IMG/VR virus record: IMGVR_UViG_3300037991_001826
Location: 1 to 46,904 of that record
Reading direction: 5' to 3' (one strand)
Source of the DNA: a virus
Taxonomy: Duplodnaviria > Caudoviricetes
DNA: 46,904 nucleotides
Shown: positions 1 to 7,898 of the stretch, piece by piece
Numbering within the stretch: the first letter of the stretch is position 1
Layout: every line of letters begins with the position of its first letter
Translations under genes and position numbers: made by a program
The notes under the pieces: generated by a model
Seen by the model: the letters and a program-made list of their open reading frames with translations, nothing else
Database searches by the model: none
Told to the model about the DNA's origin: nothing

Positions 1-101
1 TGCCAGTCGTCTCCAAAAACTAGAGCATCTTTATGCTTGTTATTGATACGTGGCTCAAGTACTTCATGTAGCTTGGGCATTATTGGTATAGGTACTATCT
101 T
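1..101. repeat. Assembly end overlap (copy 1), matches 46804-46904
   Basis: 99/101 identical to the last 101 nt (mismatches at positions 2 and 93). It lies inside the integrase CDS and the reading frame is continuous across the join. Confidence 0.95.
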
Positions 102-644
102 GGAAGCTTTGTTCTGAAAACTTCTACCTATGTATAGCCAGCCGTGCTCGAGATCGATGTCCCTGGCTCTGATCTTAAGGATTTCACCACGTCTAGCACC
201 TGACCATGCGAGAGCCAATATGATGTCGGCCAGATCATCTCTGCCCATAAACTCATAAGATCTTGCATACTTAACCATTGCATCTACCTCGTCAAAGGTA
301 TAGACAATTGGTGTTTGTTGCGGTTCATGCTGACGTGCTCCTACAAAGCATGTAGGGAACTCCGGAATTAGGTGACGTTGAGCACAAAACAATAAAGCTG
401 TCTTCACAGCTGATATTGACTTGTTGATTGTGGAAGGTGAAAGGCCCTGATGCTTCATCGTATTGATGAGCTTGTCCATTGCCATCCAGTCAATCATGCT
501 CACGGCACAATTACCCCAGACCTTCTGCGGCCATGCGAGGTTATTGATGATAGTTTGACGCGACCTTGAGTGAACCCATTGAGGTCTACTCTTAAGGGCG
601 TAATCAATACACTGATTCAGTGTTCTAAATTGTTTGTTCGCCAT
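1..644 (-). CDS. int: Tyrosine integrase, N-terminal part (continues at 46803-46359; about 362 aa in total)
   Basis: Manual translation from ATG 644 gives MANKQFRTLNQC...LAWSGARRGEILKI (catalytic R)...QNKASKIVPIPI. It is in frame with ORF 46359-46898. Confidence 0.9.
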   Translation of the reverse strand, partial: MANKQFRTLNQCIDYALKSRPQWVHSRSRQTIINNLAWPQKVWGNCAVSMIDWMAMDKLINTMKHQGLSPSTINKSISAVKTALLFCAQRHLIPEFPTCFVGARQHEPQQTPIVYTFDEVDAMVKYARSYEFMGRDDLADIILALAWSGARRGEILKIRARDIDLEHGWLYIGRSFQNKASKIVPIPIMPKLHEVLEPRINNKHKDALVFGDDW

Positions 645-1008
645 AAAGAATTTGTTTCATGGTGTTTGCAAGTTGTCGACCTTTGGCTGTCAGTTGAAGT
701 ATTTGTCTACGACGATTTGTCCTATCCCTATACTTAACAATCAAGCCCAGACCTGGTTTTCCTAACCTATGTTGATCACTTAACCAATCAGTATTCCTGC
801 TTCCGCTTGCACTGGATAATTCCAATTCTCTTTCCATATCGATTTTATTGCAGTCATCGTGACTAGCTACGTATAAGAAAGTGGCGATTACTTGAGCAGG
901 AATTTCTTTGGAATATGCGTTCTCGGAGTTTCTAAAGGCTTCGATCGCTCGAGCCAGCTTCTCCATCTGATAGCATGTCACCGCCCTGCTTGGGTTGAGG
1001 TCTGACAT
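625..1008 (-). CDS. MarR-like winged-helix DNA-binding protein
   Basis: HTH-like ELELSSASGSRNTDWL and wing motif D-x-x-NRR...LTAKG; overlaps the integrase start. Confidence 0.75.
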   Translation of the reverse strand: MSDLNPSRAVTCYQMEKLARAIEAFRNSENAYSKEIPAQVIATFLYVASHDDCNKIDMERELELSSASGSRNTDWLSDQHRLGKPGLGLIVKYRDRTNRRRQILQLTAKGRQLANTMKQILYGEQTI

Positions 1009-1126
1009 TGGTGGGAAGGGGTCTTGGTCTATATTCTAGGTGAAGTCTCCCTAAGTGGATGGAAAAATCGAAAAAATTGTCATTTTCTATACCTACATAG
1101 ATGGAGCCAAAAGAGAATAGTGTCAT
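932..1126 (-). CDS. Hypothetical early protein
   Basis: ORF preceded by AGGAG; tightly packed in the early operon. Confidence 0.6.
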   Translation of the reverse strand: MTLFSFGSIYVGIENDNFFDFSIHLGRLHLEYRPRPLPTNVRPQPKQGGDMLSDGEAGSSDRSL

Positions 1127-1138
1127 AAATGCTCCTAT

Positions 1139-1279
1139 CTAGTTGCTTGCCATAACAGACAACTTAGAGTCTTCGTGGATTTGTTGCAACATTATTTTTT
1201 GCAACTCCTCTTTATGTGGATGAGTTGACAATTGCTGTAACAATTGACACATCCTTCTGGTATATGTTGTTCTATTCAT
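1139..1279 (-). CDS. Hypothetical early protein (MNRTTY...HPHKEELQKIM)
   Basis: Internal ATG at 1279 avoids overlap with the upstream ORF. Confidence 0.55.
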   Translation of the reverse strand: MNRTTYTRRMCQLLQQLSTHPHKEELQKIMLQQIHEDSKLSVMASN

Positions 1280-1299
1280 AGTGATAATGGTTATCGTTT

Positions 1300-1626
1300 T
1301 TATATCCAATCTGTAGGCGGCTCGGGGCTGAGGTGGTACATACCGTCCATCGTAGCCATAGTTATAGACTTGTTTTCCCTCATCGCTTGAGTGATGCAAG
1401 CCTCGGCTCCGCGCTTGGTGTTGTAATATTTCTCAACGTACTTGCCAGTGTTGTTATCTTCAATTCTGATGATACCGAAGACAGAATCGGGAATGACATA
1501 CTGATGACATTTCCACTCCTTCAGCTCTTCATACGAGAGACTAGGCAAAAACTCTTCGGGTAGATCTCTTACGGCTCTCCAATTATTAGGAAAGTATTTT
1601 TGTCCTCTATTAGGTTTATTTTTCAT
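1300..1626 (-). CDS. Hypothetical early protein (KYFPNNW motif)
   Basis: 108-aa ORF with an ATGA overlap with the upstream small ORF. Confidence 0.7.
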   Translation of the reverse strand: MKNKPNRGQKYFPNNWRAVRDLPEEFLPSLSYEELKEWKCHQYVIPDSVFGIIRIEDNNTGKYVEKYYNTKRGAEACITQAMRENKSITMATMDGMYHLSPEPPTDWI

Positions 1627-1796
1627 AATGGATATACTCCGGTTATATGTTTAACATCAATTAGCTCATATCCCCTGGTATCACACCAGTTCTTAGCTTT
1701 CCACGCTGCGTCTTCATAATCGCCAGCCTCCATGAGATGCCAACGCCAATCAGACCAGTGAGGTAAGACTTTAAATTCAACTTGATAAGAGTTCAT
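1623..1796 (-). CDS. Small hypothetical protein, 57 aa (MNSYQVEFKV...EDAAWKAKNWC), absent from ORF track
   Basis: Manual translation; its TGA overlaps the next ATG (ATGA). Confidence 0.65.
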   Translation of the reverse strand: MNSYQVEFKVLPHWSDWRWHLMEAGDYEDAAWKAKNWCDTRGYELIDVKHITGVYPL

Positions 1797-1873
1797 AGTG
1801 ACGCCTATAGATGTGTGTGAAGCCTGTCCTTGTTCAAGGGGGGTTTATTGACTGTCAGGTGTAGTCACAATTT

Positions 1874-2083
1874 TTATCTGCAAAGAAAGTGTCCAGTGCA
1901 TTGAAACTGCCACTTAAATTCAAATAAATCACCGTATTCCTTAGCGACTCGAGAGTCGATGATACGGGCAATAGTTTGTCGGTCTGCGTCCGTGAGCACG
2001 TCGCAAACGTTAAAGTCTTTCGTGCGGCAAAGTTTCTTGTTATGCTCGTCCGCTTGTTCGATCAAGTCGTTGTACTCGGTCAT
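1874..2083 (-). CDS. Hypothetical early protein
   Basis: AAGGAG upstream; ATGA coupling. Confidence 0.65.
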   Translation of the reverse strand: MTEYNDLIEQADEHNKKLCRTKDFNVCDVLTDADRQTIARIIDSRVAKEYGDLFEFKWQFQCTGHFLCR

Positions 2084-2244
2084 AACTCCTTCGAGTAATC
2101 AACCTTCTTCTTGTCATGCACGCAGTCAATACGTCCAATCTTTCCGAAGGTGAGAGCCATTTGTTCAGCCTGTTCTTTGCTGTTAGCTTCAAACCTGTAA
2201 TAGTTAAATACTGTCTTACTGGTTCTTACTTCGTATGTACTCAT
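2080..2244 (-). CDS. Small hypothetical protein, 54 aa (MSTYEVRT...EANSKEQAEQMA), absent from ORF track
   Basis: Manual translation; ATGA overlaps at both ends; AGGAGA upstream. Confidence 0.7.
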   Translation of the reverse strand: MSTYEVRTSKTVFNYYRFEANSKEQAEQMALTFGKIGRIDCVHDKKKVDYSKEL

Positions 2245-2456
2245 AGCTCTCCTTGTCTTCTAGCTTGAGTGTCCCTGAGTGATGGGCGTTTCGGCTCAGG
2301 TTTAAAAGAGTCGATGATGATCTCCCACCTTAACGCCTTGTCCTTGAGAGATCCCAGTTCCTGGAGTACTTCTTGGAAAGTAGAAGACTCATTAAGATCC
2401 GGATTACTTGCCCATGCAATTGCATAGACTTCCGAAATAAACTTTGACTGATTCAT
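2241..2456 (-). CDS. Hypothetical early protein
   Basis: 71-aa ORF coupled to the next gene. Confidence 0.65.
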   Translation of the reverse strand: MNQSKFISEVYAIAWASNPDLNESSTFQEVLQELGSLKDKALRWEIIIDSFKPEPKRPSLRDTQARRQGEL

Positions 2457-2492
2457 AGATTGTCAATAAACCCAGCTCATTGCTGGGCAACT

Positions 2493-2531
2493 GGACGAGC
2501 TGGAGTTGAACCAACTAAATACCCTGCGTCC
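2493..2531 (-). other. tRNA-like element C (acceptor-like stem + T-arm)
   Basis: Minus strand: GGACG-N10-AGTTGG-TTCAACT-CCAGCT-CGTCC-A, followed by hairpin GCCCAGC-AATGA-GCTGGGT. Confidence 0.6.
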
Positions 2532-2564
2532 GTGAGCGACCTTGAGATTCCAGGCCACCACTAG

Positions 2565-2608
2565 AAAAAAAATAAAAAAAATAAAAAACGCCCTGATTTT
2601 GTGGGCGT
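2565..2608 (-). terminator. Intrinsic terminator 2 of a tandem pair
   Basis: ACGCCC-N9-GGGCGT followed by a very long T tract. Confidence 0.75.
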
Positions 2609-2642
2609 CCGTGTGTGTGAAGCGGCCTTAGCCGAAATTTTT

Positions 2643-2680
2643 AAAAAAAATAAAAAATCCGCTCAAAATTTGGGCGGATT
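2643..2680 (-). terminator. Intrinsic terminator 1 of a tandem pair
   Basis: AATCCGCCCA-N5-TGAGCGGATT followed by a T tract, just after the methyltransferase stop. Confidence 0.8.
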
Positions 2681-2691
2681 CTGTAAAAATA

Positions 2692-3279
2692 TTAGGGACG
2701 TATTGCGCCCCATTGCTCGGCCATTGCTTCGGCTATGCCGTCGTAAGTTTTCGAGCGAATCTTCCAACGGTCAGGGCTGGGCGGTAGCCAGTGCAAACGC
2801 TGGCGCACTTTGTCAGGTAGTCCCGAAACATCGACAAACTTTGTGCCTTTTAATTTTGGTAAACCTTTTAACCACAGACCCGTTTTCTTTTGCTCGGCGT
2901 GGCCGAACTCATAAGGCTGGATATATTGGGTAGCTTTGCCCAGACTTGAGCGGCTGGACAATGCGCCGACGGGATTCTCAACCGCTATGCGTTGGCACTT
3001 ATTGTTAAATATGCGCTCAACAAATCTAATCGCGGCTTGCTGCTTACCAGTGCGAACCAGCTCCGCCCAGTTCTTAGCATTACTAACCGTTAAATATGTG
3101 CACGGTGGATGAGCAATTATAAGGTCGTAATCGTCGTCGATAATGTCGAAGATATCGCCCTGATAATGTTTGCCAGCTTTGTCAGTCGGCAAAAGGTCAC
3201 AACTTATTGCGTCGTGACCACGTTTTGCGAATGCATCGCGGACAGTGCCCGAATACTCGCAAGCAACTAGTACTTTCAT
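2692..3279 (-). CDS. Short phage-type C5 DNA cytosine methyltransferase-like protein
   Basis: VLVACEYSG (motif I-like), HPPC (catalytic PC), ENP (motif VI), QPYEFGH..KKTGLW (motif VIII-like). Confidence 0.75.
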   Translation of the reverse strand: MKVLVACEYSGTVRDAFAKRGHDAISCDLLPTDKAGKHYQGDIFDIIDDDYDLIIAHPPCTYLTVSNAKNWAELVRTGKQQAAIRFVERIFNNKCQRIAVENPVGALSSRSSLGKATQYIQPYEFGHAEQKKTGLWLKGLPKLKGTKFVDVSGLPDKVRQRLHWLPPSPDRWKIRSKTYDGIAEAMAEQWGAIRP

Positions 3280-3293
3280 AATGGAATAATTGT

Positions 3294-4025
3294 CTAAGTG
3301 GATGAATTAAGTAATTGATTTAATTTCTTTTTATTGTTTCCGTGAGCAACAAACGCTATCGCGTAGTCACGTGGCTTAGAACATAAAAGACATGTTTCGC
3401 ACTTTGTAGGCTCGCAAGTTTGGGCGGGGCATACAACAACGCGGCGACCTTTAGGCGTTTTAATTGGCTTGCTTACTTTGTAGTAAGTTTTTTTATCTTT
3501 TAAAGAAGAATAAGCAATTAAATTTGGATTGTCGGAGCTGATAATAGAGCAAGCATTTAAACTCTTATCTATTGCGGCGTCGGCATCGCTTAATGATTCG
3601 GTGCTGGCGTTGATTGTGAAACCCTGAGCCGTTGCGGTTTTAATTGCTTCGGTGTTGTGGGTGTTCAGTATGTGATGACTGTATGTCCAGCCTTTGCGCC
3701 CTTTGTTAGCTTCGATTAGTTGCTTTAAAAGATCTAATCTAATTAAGCCGTCATAGTGTGGCATGTCTCCGCTGGTATTCATTCTCCAAGGCTGGCCAGC
3801 TGGCAAAGCTTTAATATTGTTTGCCAAACCGTCCCAGTCTGTAAGGTTTTTCCCAGCGGTTCCCTTGTCTACTTTCGCCCAGATCCAAGACTGGGGGCCA
3901 GTTTTGGCGTAGCAATTGCCGTTAATGTGTGGGCATGTTTTCGGACAGCTGGCCGACTCAGTAATTGTGACTGGTAGCCGCCCAACTTTTGCATTAGATG
4001 ATTTCTTAATAAATAAGACTTTCAT
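3294..4025 (-). CDS. Cys-rich GP88-like / putative radical-SAM-like protein
   Basis: NAK...SCPKTCP..GNCYA cluster, RMNTSGD, WTYSH, C-terminal CPAQ..C..C..C. Confidence 0.5.
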   Translation of the reverse strand: MKVLFIKKSSNAKVGRLPVTITESASCPKTCPHINGNCYAKTGPQSWIWAKVDKGTAGKNLTDWDGLANNIKALPAGQPWRMNTSGDMPHYDGLIRLDLLKQLIEANKGRKGWTYSHHILNTHNTEAIKTATAQGFTINASTESLSDADAAIDKSLNACSIISSDNPNLIAYSSLKDKKTYYKVSKPIKTPKGRRVVVCPAQTCEPTKCETCLLCSKPRDYAIAFVAHGNNKKKLNQLLNSST

Positions 4026-4060
4026 GTTTTGATTGTTGGCTACTCTCAGTGAGTAGCAAA

Positions 4061-4131
4061 AGCAAAGGGCGGAATCGAACCGCCCAAATCGCCCAAAAGC
4101 CAGGCTATGACTGGATTTATAGCGTTTTGCT
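4061..4131 (-). other. tRNA-like element B
   Basis: Minus strand: AGCAAA-N40-GGGCGG-TTCGATT-CCGCCC-TTTGCT, then hairpin GCTACTC-ACTGA-GAGTAGC and ATG at 4025. Confidence 0.6.
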
Positions 4132-4320
4132 AGTTATTAATTTGCTCTCAGGATCTAATACGATGCTGAAAGTGTGGCCGAGTCTCTCAAGTGCTCGCAT
4201 ATCCCAGCGAGTTAGGCTTTTTTTGCCAGTGAGAGTGATAATTGCATCTTTTATGTCAGGGTCAGCAATGTAGGTGCGCTCGGTGCCGAAATCGCGGCGT
4301 GTATAAACTTCGATTTCCAT
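4117..4320 (-). CDS. Hypothetical early protein
   Basis: 67-aa ORF; TAATG coupling with the upstream gene. Confidence 0.7.
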   Translation of the reverse strand: MEIEVYTRRDFGTERTYIADPDIKDAIITLTGKKSLTRWDMRALERLGHTFSIVLDPESKLITSKTL

Positions 4321-4583
4321 TAGTTTTTAACCCCTAATAAAGAGTGACTAAATAAAGCAAAGCCAGTGCGCTTACAAGTAACGCCCTTAGTTCTTTTAAT
4401 CTTGTTTGCCCAAAAGCCAAGGGATATCGACCCATTAATAAATAGATTGATAATTGCAAGACTTGGGACGTTGCTGTATGTGTACTCTCTGCCGCCGACA
4501 TAGCGAACTATTGCAACACGTCTAAAAGGACACGCGGCGATAGTCTCAACGCATGTTGAGGTGCGATCTTCTATGTAATACAT
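4320..4583 (-). CDS. First early protein (KTSC-like RTSTCV...YTYSNV pattern)
   Basis: ATG at 4583 preferred because the upstream part of the ORF is structured RNA and starts at TTG. Confidence 0.6.
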   Translation of the reverse strand: MYYIEDRTSTCVETIAACPFRRVAIVRYVGGREYTYSNVPSLAIINLFINGSISLGFWANKIKRTKGVTCKRTGFALFSHSLLGVKN

Positions 4584-4627
4584 AAAATTAATTAAGTAAG
4601 TGGAAATACTGTCTAAGTGGACAGTAA

Positions 4628-4674
4628 GCCAATATAAAGAATCGAACTTTATTAAAAGGCCTAACCTTATTGGC
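4628..4674 (-). other. tRNA-like element A
   Basis: Minus strand: GCCAAT-(AAGG TTAGG CCTT TTA)-ATAAAG-TTCGATT-CTTTAT-ATTGGC, then hairpin TACTGTC-CACTTA-GACAGTA. Confidence 0.65.
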
Positions 4675-4804
4675 GCATACTTCAAACGCTTGCCAGCGGT
4701 AGCAATTACTTTAAGTCAGTTGCTAAGACTGTTATTTAGTTCCCATTGCGTGGGTTAGTCCTTACGGCTCGGGGCGGCTATCCAGCCACAACGTAATTAA
4801 TATA

Positions 4805-4833
4805 ATTTTAGTCTTATTGCTTCATTAGTGCAA
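4805..4833 (-). promoter_or_regulatory. Host sigma70-type early promoter
   Basis: TTGCAC-17 nt-TAAAAT upstream of the first early gene. Confidence 0.65.
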
Positions 4834-4919
4834 TAGTTAAATTAATGGAAATATACACCCAAATCGCCCAAACTCCAGGTATACCAATGGATCTCAGCGA
4901 TTTCACGAGTTTTAAAGTA

Positions 4920-4949
4920 TTTATACTTATTTATTGTTTGTTTTATCAA
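4920..4949 (-). promoter_or_regulatory. Second candidate sigma70-type promoter
   Basis: TTGATA-18 nt-TATAAA in an AT-rich tract. Confidence 0.4.
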
Positions 4950-5184
4950 TAATATTTAAATCGTTACAGATCGCGAGAGAGTGAGACGGCGAGCCGACCG
5001 CCGCCGAGCCGCTCGAAAATCGCCTAAAAATTGGCAAAAATTATGACCCCGTGCAATGTTTTTGGCGCGATCCATTGCGGCTATTGACTTGGCATCCGCT
5101 GTAAAAGCGTGTGGCTAGTATTTGTAGGGGCTTTGGGGGTTTTTTGAGTCCGTCCATATTGCGAATAGGCTTCAGAAATTTATG
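4950..5184. other. Probable region of physical genome termini / collapsed terminal repeat
   Basis: Non-coding, locally GC-rich gap between the last late gene and the early promoters; this is where T7-like termini lie. Confidence 0.5.
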
Positions 5185-5445
5185 TCATTTTTCATCGCCT
5201 TCTGGAAAATAGCCAATAGTGAACCCACCATCCTCTGTTTCCTGGACTACTGCCTTATAAACGCGGTCATCATAGGTCTGCATGTACTCCTTTATGGCAG
5301 TATCTACAGTTTCTTTTGACACATACTCTATATACTTCTTCTCCCATCCAATTAAATAACCTAAAATTATCCAATTTATCGGTTTCCAAGGAGTCTTCAG
5401 ACTCTTGTACAGTTTCCGGAATCTCTCCAGCTTCAATCTAGGCAT
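5185..5445 (-). CDS. Hypothetical protein (last gene)
   Basis: 86-aa ORF downstream of terL. Confidence 0.6.
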   Translation of the reverse strand: MPRLKLERFRKLYKSLKTPWKPINWIILGYLIGWEKKYIEYVSKETVDTAIKEYMQTYDDRVYKAVVQETEDGGFTIGYFPEGDEK

Positions 5446-5517
5446 ATATAGTGTTATTACTGTTTATATGTAGGTTGGGGGAGTTGTTTTCAGTAATATC
5501 ATTCACGGATATTAGTT

Positions 5518-5536
5518 AAAGGGAGCCGAAGCTCCC
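5518..5536 (-). terminator. UUCG hairpin / weak terminator after terL
   Basis: GGGAGC-TTCG-GCTCCC-TTT; stem-loop identical to the post-capsid terminator. Confidence 0.55.
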
Positions 5537-5553
5537 CTACAAGGGTCCACCCT

Positions 5554-5581
5554 TCCCCTGTATTACGTAGGGTACCCCCCT
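5554..5581 (-). repeat. 28-bp repeat copy 1 (candidate phage RNAP promoter or origin)
   Basis: 27/28 identical to 45385-45412. Confidence 0.75.
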
Positions 5582-7313
5582 AGTTCCAGTGAGGGACTGA
5601 GTTTCCGTTAGATAAACCTCTAGCTTGTTGTCTTTGTTCTTTATCCATCCCCAACACCAAATGATTGGTAGCCATTTGGGGATTCTCTATGAACTGTTCG
5701 AGTAGGTCTTGGAACTCTTCGTCTTTCTTCATCTGGATCTGAGCCTTTGCCGAAATAGACAGACTATCTGTGTAGTATTTGACTGCCATAGCTAGACAGT
5801 CGAGTCTGTCGTCATGCTTAACTGCATATTTCATTCGGCACATACGGCTCATTTGGTAGAACAGCATGTATAGAAGCCTTTGTTCCGGTGCTGCGTCTGG
5901 ATTGGATCTATAGTCCCAATCAATAACATCACGGTTAACAACAAGACGATGTTGATTAAGAACAGGTTCAAGAGAGTCAATGATTCTGTCTTCTTTCCTA
6001 ACATTCGCTCTAACTTCATCAATAAATATTCTCTGTTTTGTTTGTTGAATATGTTTTTTAAATAATTCACTAACTATTCCGTCTCCAAAGTTTGTCTCTA
6101 TAACTAACGTGGTTGCGTCGTACTTTTTACAGCCTTTTAATATATCGAGCAGGGTCGCATCTGAATACCCGTCTCTGTAGGCTCGCACCTCATGTAGGTA
6201 TAGAAAGCCGTTCTTCTGGGAGAGGTAGCACGCGGCTGTTTCATCGGAGCCACGGCCCGAGGGATCGACGGCGCAGATGGTTTCTGAGTATGGAGTCCAC
6301 TCTCCCTGTATTTGCATAGGGGAGTAGAAGTAATCTCCAGGCAGCCCAACTGTTGGTAGGTCTTTAAGGATATTTCTTGGATCTGAGCACCATACGATGT
6401 TGTCGGGTGCTTCAGTAGGATTAACGCTGGTAATAATAAGGTCAGACATCTTAAGAGGAAACTTTTCAGCATCACTGAGAGTCGTATCAAGCTGGAACTG
6501 AAGCATGAAGTTGCTTCGTCCCATTGCCGATTCTCTTTCCAGTAAATCCTCGTTATCAAACCGGTCTGGGTCTGTAGGTTGTCCTGCTTCGGCACCATCA
6601 TCTATATCTTCCTGTAATTGTGGGGCTATTAATCCTTCGTAGGGTGTAACGTCTTTTGGATATCTGGAGGGCCAAACAAAGGGGCGATACGCACGCTCTG
6701 CCAACTTACGATAAACAGTAAAAGTAGTCTGAGGAGTCCCGAGATACATAATACGGCTATCGTCTTTCGGGGTAAGGATACTTTCCGCCTCAGTGCAAAG
6801 TTGAAGTAATTTTTCACGCATCAACTCCGTCATGGAGTTTCCTGGCACCTCTATGTCGTCCAGAATCATCAGATCCGCACGACTTCCTGTTAACTGACCA
6901 GTAATACCAACACTCTTCACGGACGGAGCCTGATGAGGAGCGCAGTTTACGTCGAAGGAAATCCTTGACCATCTGCTGTCGTCGCTCTTTGGTTGTAGAT
7001 GACTTAGCCATGGTGTTTCTATGATTAGTTTCTGTAAAAATATGCTCATGTTGTCTGCTCTTTCCTTGGAAGCAGAAATGATCATTATTTTCTTTTCAGC
7101 GTCGTTAAATAGTGTCCATAAGACAAAAGCACCGGTAATCCAGCTCTTACCTACTCCACGAAACGCCTGTATCTGTAATCGCTTAGGACCATTCTGTAAA
7201 TAGTCTGCGATTGCATATTGTGCCCTAGTAGGTGAGGGCAGATCCAGCTGGTTCCACAAAGCTTGTAGAAACAGCTTGAAGTCTGCCTGTAGAGCAACTA
7301 AATGTTCTTCCAT
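5580..7313 (-). CDS. terL: Terminase large subunit (T7 gp19-like)
   Basis: Walker A AFRGVGKS, Walker B LMILDDIE, nuclease VDPSGRG and HDDRLD. Confidence 0.97.
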   Translation of the reverse strand: MEEHLVALQADFKLFLQALWNQLDLPSPTRAQYAIADYLQNGPKRLQIQAFRGVGKSWITGAFVLWTLFNDAEKKIMIISASKERADNMSIFLQKLIIETPWLSHLQPKSDDSRWSRISFDVNCAPHQAPSVKSVGITGQLTGSRADLMILDDIEVPGNSMTELMREKLLQLCTEAESILTPKDDSRIMYLGTPQTTFTVYRKLAERAYRPFVWPSRYPKDVTPYEGLIAPQLQEDIDDGAEAGQPTDPDRFDNEDLLERESAMGRSNFMLQFQLDTTLSDAEKFPLKMSDLIITSVNPTEAPDNIVWCSDPRNILKDLPTVGLPGDYFYSPMQIQGEWTPYSETICAVDPSGRGSDETAACYLSQKNGFLYLHEVRAYRDGYSDATLLDILKGCKKYDATTLVIETNFGDGIVSELFKKHIQQTKQRIFIDEVRANVRKEDRIIDSLEPVLNQHRLVVNRDVIDWDYRSNPDAAPEQRLLYMLFYQMSRMCRMKYAVKHDDRLDCLAMAVKYYTDSLSISAKAQIQMKKDEEFQDLLEQFIENPQMATNHLVLGMDKEQRQQARGLSNGNSVPHWN

Positions 7314-7317
7314 TTAT

Positions 7318-7650
7318 TTATGCAGCGATATGATCGCTTATTTGTCTTTCTCTAAGTGGTATATGTCCAAATCTGTCTCTCATCCATATAAGCCAGTTCC
7401 TACTACCTTTGTCCTGATTGCACTGCTGACAGGCGCATACAACATTAGTTGTAAGGTCTTCGCCACCCTTACAGCGAGGGTGTACGTGATCGAGTGTAAG
7501 TTCATTAAAATCATAAGTTTTTCCGCAATAAACACATGTACAGTTGAAGTGCTCTTTTATAGCTCTTCTCCAGAGCTTCTTAGCGTCAGGACTTGTCATG
7601 GTTATTAAGTTGTATAAATAATGTTTAGGACTAGGTAATAGAGGGGTCAT
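7318..7650 (-). CDS. HNH endonuclease
   Basis: CVYCG...TLDHVHP..GG...NVVCACQQCN. Confidence 0.9.
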   Translation of the reverse strand: MTPLLPSPKHYLYNLITMTSPDAKKLWRRAIKEHFNCTCVYCGKTYDFNELTLDHVHPRCKGGEDLTTNVVCACQQCNQDKGSRNWLIWMRDRFGHIPLRERQISDHIAA

Positions 7651-7898
7651 TTACGTATTTTGAGTCTGCTTTTTCTATTGACTGATGGGTCTTGGAGTCG
7701 GCCTTTGGTCTTACTCCCCTTATAGTGAGCAGCGTCTTTCCCATCTCCATTTCCATAGGTACCAAGTTGCCTATTAAGTCGATTTGCGTTGACACGTAGT
7801 TCTATTCCCTTTTTGGTTTTGTTGTATTTTGCTTGTTGTTTGAGACGTTTCTTTCGAGCCTCTGGGTTGGACTTGTAGTAACTACTTGTACTTGCCAT
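7647..7898 (-). CDS. Basic hypothetical protein (degenerate HNH-like DGKDAAH)
   Basis: Overlaps both neighbours; Lys/Arg-rich. Confidence 0.6.
   Translation of the reverse strand: MASTSSYYKSNPEARKKRLKQQAKYNKTKKGIELRVNANRLNRQLGTYGNGDGKDAAHYKGSKTKGRLQDPSVNRKSRLKIRK

Noticed and set aside
1-101. End repeat as the biological terminal repeat
   Set aside because: It falls mid-integrase with the frame preserved, so it is an assembly overlap. T7-like termini are expected near 4.95-5.18 kb.
2437-2466. TTGACA as a promoter downstream of the tandem terminators
   Set aside because: No plausible -10 hexamer at 16-18 nt spacing.
5185-5580. talC transaldolase near terL as in P-SSP7
   Set aside because: No transaldolase-like ORF seen here or elsewhere in the window.
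5849-7011. Alternative-frame ORFs inside terL as T7 19.2/19.3-like genes
   Set aside because: No recognisable motifs or ribosome-binding sites; probably shadow ORFs.
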